Source: Lepidodermella squamata
Taxonomy: Eukaryota; Animalia; Gastrotricha
Reading direction: 5' to 3'
Length of the DNA stretch: 64,000 nucleotides
Assembly: GCA_047495785.1 (NCBI GenBank)
Contig: JBLDXI010000054.1
Coordinates: 2,480,001 to 2,544,000 of the forward strand
Each line of letters begins with the position of its first letter. Within the stretch, counting starts at the first letter, position 1. The translations under genes were made by a program, and so were the position numbers. Below the pieces are notes generated by a model, which was given only the letters and a program-made list of their open reading frames with translations, searched no databases and was not told the origin of the DNA. Positions 57,678 through 64,000 of the stretch are shown here, piece after piece.

Positions 57678-58168
57678 ATGCAGTTCCACGCATTGCTAAT
57701 ATTCTCTCTTATTTCCCTTGTACTGGAATCCCACTCATCGCCGCTATACAATGACGATGATTCTTCACAAGCCGATTCTGCTGTACTCCTTAAAAGCGGC
57801 ATGAATGCACCGGCAAAAGACGCGATGGAAGCTCTTCTAGCAAGTAAGTTTTACTCTCCAGCTGAAATCCTATAGCATGATTTTTCTTGAATATAGAACG
57901 AATTTGGACTTTGTTAAGGACTCGGCAAGACAACCGAGCGTTCGAGTGGATCAAGGCTATGATGAATTATCAAAAGAAGAAGCGTTTAAAGGCCTGCGTC
58001 AAGGTGCTGCCACTTTCCCTGTGTACAAACAACAACGCTCAGCCGTTCGCGCTCTGGGCTCAAATTCTAGCCAATAACATAACGTCGGACAGCACCGGAG
58101 CGAATTATGGAGCGGATATTTTCAACCGATTTAACGCTCTTTACGACTTGCCAGCGACTAGGCGATGA
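57678..58168 (+). CDS. Unrecognised small secreted family, member E; intron 57844-57896
   Basis: Signal peptide MQFHALLIFSLISLVLESHS; acidic pro-region ending at KR; ACVKVLPLSLCTNNNAQPFALWAQILANN. Confidence 0.88.
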
Positions 58169-58502
58169 TTATTAGCTGTTTTCAGTTAACTTATTGTTAC
58201 CCATGTCAAGTAATGTGTCATTTTCTGTCAAATGTTGCAAATGAATAAACCTGTTAATCTAAAGTCATTTTTTGAAATCGAATAGTTATATGAGATCGGA
58301 AACTTGAAATAGCCGCGTAACTTGGATGAGGATAAAAGAATTCATCTCAATTGCCCTTTTCCGTGCTCTTGAGTATGCCTCCGTAAGACCCCGCCTTACT
58401 TCCGGGCGTACGGCCTCTCAAGCAGTTAAGCAGTCAAGCATGCCAAGAAGTGTCGAGTACTAGATTATGGTTATTAGTGGCGAACCAGCTGTTTTACGGG
58501 CA

Positions 58503-58921
58503 ATGTCTCACTTCTTTCTTCTGCTATGTCTCTCCACGTTTGTCTTCATCGAATTCGGATCTGCTAAGGATGCTGAGAGAGGTGGCACTGACTCATTGAG
58601 AAAGCGAGAACGTAATTTTGAGGTCGCATCATTTTATAATTCTTACTGACTTTTCCATAATCAGTTGTTCAACGAGTTTGGGAGTTGCTTGACCGAAATC
58701 AGGACAAAAAAGCATACCAGATGCTGAGATCAGTTTTCAACCAAATTAAGGTGGAGAACACAAGGAAATGCATGTCTGTTCTGCCTATGTCGATTTGCAA
58801 AAGCATCAACCCGACCCCCTTCTATTCGGCATGGGCTCAAAATGCTGTCAACAGATTTAACAACGACCGAGTTGACAGTCTGAAGCAGTTATTGATGGCA
58901 AAACGCAAGCATCATAAGTGA
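58503..58921 (+). CDS. Unrecognised small secreted family, member F; intron 58612-58664
   Basis: Signal peptide MSHFFLLLCLSTFVFIEFGSA; RKR site; KCMSVLPMSICKSINPTPFYSAWAQNAVNR. Confidence 0.86.
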
Positions 58922-60748
58922 CGTAAATCTGAAAATATCGTTGACATAGGACATAGGCAGTTGATTTGAATTCCTTGGAGTCCGCGCTTAATAAACTGTG
59001 CAAAACGATCAAATGATGGGACTTCTTAGTCCGGAGTTTTAGATATCAAATTATTTCCTGTTATCTTGTGTGAATTGACTCATCAAAGAGTCCGATTAAC
59101 ATGTAACTGATCGGCGAAAATGTTGAGTGATGATTATTGAGTGTCCTATAAGTTGACGTGATTATTTGAATCTTATAAGATGATTGCGGCACTCATCAGG
59201 AATGGGACTTAAATGGCTAAATTATCACGTAAATTCAAAGTTGCAAACGTGCTCTATATTTCTGAAATTTGCCCATTTAGTCAAAGTTTATTAAAATCTG
59301 CAAATGTTCAATTTATACCCTATATACAGACAAGGGATAAACTGGAGTGAAATTCTCACATCCTCATTTCTCATCTATCTCCCAAGATATTTTTTCATTA
59401 AAATTGCTACTTGATAGGATGGACTGGACTCTACTGAGAGCGGGAGGCGCAATTCCCTACGTTTCACGCAAATAGAATAGCCTGGGCTTACTTGGTATTT
59501 AGAATGTACTGGAAGCAATGAGAAAATGAACCAAGATGGGCTATAAGAGTCGTATTTTATTCATTTTCTCAAATAAACTTGCTGTTTCTTACTCATCATC
59601 ATTTCTTTCTTCTATTTTAGGATTTAGCTGGCCGGAGGACTTAGGATTTAAGGGATAAAGGATCCGGGTCATCCCATTTTTTCTAGAAATGAATCATTAG
59701 TTTCACAGAATGACGGAGAATACAGTGAGCGACATTTTGACCTCAAAACATCTCACATTTTGAACAAAATCCGATTTTTCAGAAAACACCTATTTTCATT
59801 TTGGAAACAAATAATTTGAGCCAACCAGGTTTCTCTTAGGTGGAAAATCTTTCTCCTCTCAAGTACGATTTTTTCGGCTTCAGAAAAAATGCGGCTGCCA
59901 TATTATCATTTGGGATGTGCTATATTTAAATGTATCAATGCTTTATGGGACACAAATCGCGGCTTGGCTATGTTATTTTAAATTTTTACGGCACCTATAA
60001 ATGTAATCCAGGGTAATGTCATCAAATGCAATGGTGCGTGTTGATGCTTCCAGATCCCAATTCAGAGCCTTTAGCCCCCTCAGACTGCACCACACATCAA
60101 GAAGACATGATTAATGCGTAACGTCCACGGCCTTGTTTACAAAGCGCGCTTAACGATTTATTGTTTTTTTTCAAATGATAATAAAAATAAATCACCAATC
60201 TCCAGGGCAGTACGCTATTTCTATTCGCGCGTTGCCACGCAAAAAAAATTTAATTTCCTGGGAATACATTTATCCGTCGCGCCTATGTCAAAAATCAGAA
60301 TGTTGGGTGCGCGTTTGCCGGTCAATACCGGCATATATTTCTGATACCAAAGATATGTTAAATTTCGGGATATCGGATTTATACGGAATGAAAATGTTCC
60401 AGTTCATAACTTTGCGAGATGTTTTTTCATCTTATTATTTAGCACTCGAGGAAGGATATGGGTTCGAACAATCTGAGCGTTGAGAAATGCCCCTCTCGCA
60501 GCTATAAATGCCCCCGGTCATAAATGACGCGTTGAACGCTTGAAAAACAAGCCCCCGCATGCGCGTCTAATATACTATGATTGTCATGTGATTTTTCTGT
60601 GAATTATTTAGGTTCCGCGACCGGACTTACCGGCAGAGTGCGCGATCATCGATCATTTTTTATTGAAGGACAAGTGACAAGTGACACCCGAAACTGTTAA
60701 TTCACTCACCGGCTATTAATTCCATTTCACCTCTCGTTAATACCTAAA

Positions 60749-61276
60749 ATGGATGTCGGGCTTAATACGATGCTGGCGATTCTTTTGCTACAAGTTTTAG
60801 TGATCAAAGTGAGCTTTCAAACCAATTCTACAGTACGGCCGAATCTAGCAGCGGACTGGCACGATACAGTAGAATCAGTCTTATCAAGTAAGTTGACTAA
60901 AGCTGTCACAGATTCAGTTATTTTTTATCATTCAATTTTAGGAAAAATTTGGGAATTTTTATCTGCTCGCAAAAGTACAGATGCAATGAAGTTGATGACA
61001 GTGTTGAGGAAGCAGCTCAAGCAGAAGCAAATGCGGGAGTGTATCAAGGTGTTGCCGGTTCACATTTGCCGAAACAACAACCCGCAACCGTTTTTCTTAT
61101 GGGCGCAAGTGGTCGCTGGAAATATTGCGAAAGCGCACGAAAGCGAGATGCCTCGATTGTTGGCGAAAGCGCAGCAATCTGAGATCGAGAAGGCGAGGAA
61201 AGCATCGCCTGCTGACATCGCCTTTCAAAATCCTACAATAATGAAGAAATCGAAGAAGATTGATTTTAACGTTTGA
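60749..61276 (+). CDS. Unrecognised small secreted family, member G (extended C-terminus); in-frame intron 60888-60941
   Basis: Signal peptide; ECIKVLPVHICRNNNPQPFFLWAQVVAGN. Confidence 0.88.
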   Translation: MDVGLNTMLAILLLQVLVIKVSFQTNSTVRPNLAADWHDTVESVLSSKLTKAVTDSVIFYHSILGKIWEFLSARKSTDAMKLMTVLRKQLKQKQMRECIKVLPVHICRNNNPQPFFLWAQVVAGNIAKAHESEMPRLLAKAQQSEIEKARKASPADIAFQNPTIMKKSKKIDFNV

Positions 61277-62066
61277 TTGATTGCTCTCTTGGTCAACTAT
61301 CAGCTAACACTCGGCCTTCATTTGTTCAGCTCATTGAATAAAATTTGAAAAGATGGAAATCTTATTTTCAATTTAATGCGAACAAGATGCGAACGAGATG
61401 CGAACAAGTACTGATTCGTGCTTTTTCATATTTCTTAAATCTCCAAATGTTTTTGGGTTCAAATTGCACGTCCTTTTTATCGAAGCTATTTATTGTAAGC
61501 AAATTTGACCTCTAGCACCCGTAACTAATTGGATGGAGCAGCCATGCACGATCGGTCAATTAAGACAGTTTTATGCGTGCGTTCGTTTGTTCATGGTTTG
61601 TTTGATTCATCTGACTATAGCTCAAGATTTGACAATGGACAAAGATGTACATTGACAGATGAAATGCGCGACATTTGAGTCCCGACGATTCTGCTCAGAC
61701 ATTTCTAAAAACGAACTTTGTTCAAAACAAGAAACATTTCCGTCCACCTCTGAAATTTGCGATACGTTCAGTGCAAACGAAGGCAGTTGTTGTATTATGA
61801 CCTTTGACTAATCAGTTTATCTTGAAATTGAAGATGATAGTCAGGACTTCGAGTGACATCGCGTTATGCACTGCGAATGCAGACAGGGCGGATTTTGCTG
61901 CGCCATAGTCAAATTTTAATCTATGAACAATTCGATTTATCACGGTTAATACTAGGAGGAACAGGGATATCCCAGATCTCATCATTCAGCGGCGAAAGAG
62001 CAAAATCTATCCAAACAGAAGATAAGATCATAAAACTGCTATTTTTGGCTGGAATTTCTTTTTTCT

Positions 62067-63565
62067 TTATTTTGGCATTGAAAAACTTTGATACATATTT
62101 CGTCTCGTCCATTCGTCTTCCGATAAAACTGTCCTTCTAATTATGTTAGGTTGATTGGCCCAATAACTTGGGTCCCTTTTAAGAGGCGTTCGCCAGTCTT
62201 TCCCATAATGACCTTGCAACGCCTTTTCCGGCTCGCATGGTACCAGGTATAGATGGCGTAGAAATATTGTTGAGCAAAGCGACAGATCTGATGGATAAGC
62301 ATAGGTTAGAATTGTCCGATTTTCGGCCAGGAATCCGTCGGTGTGGGGTAAATCGTTCGGTAACAAAGCGCTACCCAAATACCAAATGAAAACATCGACT
62401 TGAAAAAGTGATTCGATGTATTGAGGCAAGGAGCTTGTGACGTAATACCGAGCCTCAACACCTGAAATCTTAAAATCTCCAAATCTACTGTCAAGTCGCA
62501 TTTGAAGTTGTTCGATTTTGTCGGTCCGCTTCAAAGTCAAACTTGCTTTTAATTTGTCATCCTTTTTCATCTGTGCGAAAAACAAAAAGTATTATGCGGA
62601 AACGAAGTAGAAACTATACTTACATGAAGCATATTATCGTAAAAGCTGTCGTTCAAGCGCGTGATTGGAACCATTAGATCAATGTCAGTATCGCCTCGAA
62701 TTGCTGAGCAATCTCGATACAAGCCAAGCAGTGATCCGCCTTCAAGACCAACGGGCATTCCATTGAGCTTGTAGAATTGTCGAATGGACCATGCAGCGCT
62801 CCAAGGTGCTTGATCTTCAATTTCACCATTGACGAATATTTGGTCCATCCTAAAAATGCCATTCTTCAAACAAGGCACAAATCTAGAGTATTTATGCCGG
62901 TAATTTGCTTCCGAAAATGAGTGGATATCCCCGACTCCGCGGAATTTAGGAAGATTTTCTGTTTCGAAAATTGCTGGACATAGACAAGGTGGGCAGTTCT
63001 TGCTGATGAGAGAGGTTTGAAACTTGTTCGGAGGCATCCCGTGGCAATACGTGTAGCCTGTGTTCTGGGAATAAAACCGACGAATTTTAGCGAATATAAC
63101 AGCAATTCGATTGTTGAATGCATTTTCGACGACTAGATGAGTTAGATTTTCCGCTTCATTCTGCTTGAAATCGCCACAGCGTATGGCATCCACGTTGATG
63201 GATGCCAAATCTACTGTCGAACAAGCAATAAGTACTTTTTCCGTTTTCAGAATTTCCATCAATGCATCGTCATCTTGAAATCCAATTATCACAAATTTGG
63301 AAAAGCCAAACGCTGCGGTTTCGTTCCAGTCTTCATCTATAAACGGGTAAGCCATAGCAAATAATCCATCCGTCCCATTTAGAGGCAAAGAAGTCCCTCT
63401 CGCCTGAGAAATCGTCCGATTAGCTGAATTTTTCTGCCAGTCTTGAGCAACGGTGTAAATCCAAATGAGTCCAATTAGCGAGTAGATCAGCAAAATACCA
63501 TACAGTGAGCTAGGTATTTGAGTCGGAGCATTTCGCGCTAAACAATCTGTAACACGAAAGCACAT
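62067..63565 (-). CDS. Fukutin/LicD-family phosphotransferase, type II membrane protein; intron 62571-62623
   Basis: N-terminal TM anchor; LEGGSLLGLYRDCSAIRGDTDIDL (LicD nucleotidyltransferase-fold motif); C-terminal LVPCEPEKALQGHYGKDWRTP. Confidence 0.82.
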
Positions 63566-64000
63566 CTTTAATACAACAATGTATATTCTCTTTTCATATG
63601 TATATACTGTCTTATTATACTCCAGGAAAACTAATGCGGCATAACGTTAACAATAGAAATGCCATGTCATTTCCACGTTAGAGAGAAAAACAATCTATTC
63701 CCCTGCTGCTGAAGATGGTGGTTTCATCCGACCCCATTGTGCCCATCTCGCTCTAGTTTTTCAGTCCGGTCAGGTAAAAGTCATTGAAGAGATGAAAATT
63801 CATTTGCTCATCTGATTACTTGGCACGGGCGATAAAACAGGCAGGACAAATTTTACTAACCGGCCTCACAAAATTCCAAGTTTTCAATCTTTTCAGGTTT
63901 AAAATCGACAGTATAATGTATAAAGCCATTTTGCGAGTGAATATGTATTGAGTTGGCTCAATCGGAGCAGCGAATTTCGCGCAAAATTGTCTGATTTATA

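Noticed and set aside
59000-60560. Possible eighth member of the secreted family or a transposon in the gap between members F and G
   Set aside because: I could not find the C-x8-C/WAQ motif or any transposase motif by eye; the short ORFs at 60114 and 60175 look spurious.

Overview
Eukaryotic genomic DNA from an invertebrate animal with a very compact genome. Nearly all introns I resolved are GT-AG and 49-60 nt, and intergenic gaps are often only 100-500 nt, so most genes appear as two or more fragments in the ORF track. The window is dominated by a tandem array of 17 intact genes plus 1 pseudogene encoding highly divergent Cys-loop (pentameric ligand-gated) ion channel subunits (519-47568). 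They lack the acetylcholine-binding vicinal cysteines, have almost no intracellular M3-M4 domain, and share an extra extracellular Cys pair and a conserved 'PDR' M2 start, with variable ligand-binding loops. This pattern suggests a lineage-specific chemoreceptor family analogous to cephalopod chemotactile receptors. Interspersed in the array are a GABA-B-like class C GPCR, a tetraspanin, a dispanin-like protein, a class A peptide GPCR, two small secreted peptide precursors, two nuclear receptors of the two-DNA-binding-domain (2DBD) type and UBXN6. One of the precursors carries three R-SVNINLPPP[S/T]D-R repeats and is missed by the ORF track. Downstream are two SLC37A3 paralogs (one frameshifted), a secreted LRR-like protein and a fukutin/LicD-family gene. 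At 54237-61276 lies a cluster of seven two-exon genes for a small secreted protein family I do not recognise, with the motif C-x8-C-x3-N-[PA]-x-P-F-x2/3-W-A-Q. Exon boundaries were inferred by eye; no database searches were run.
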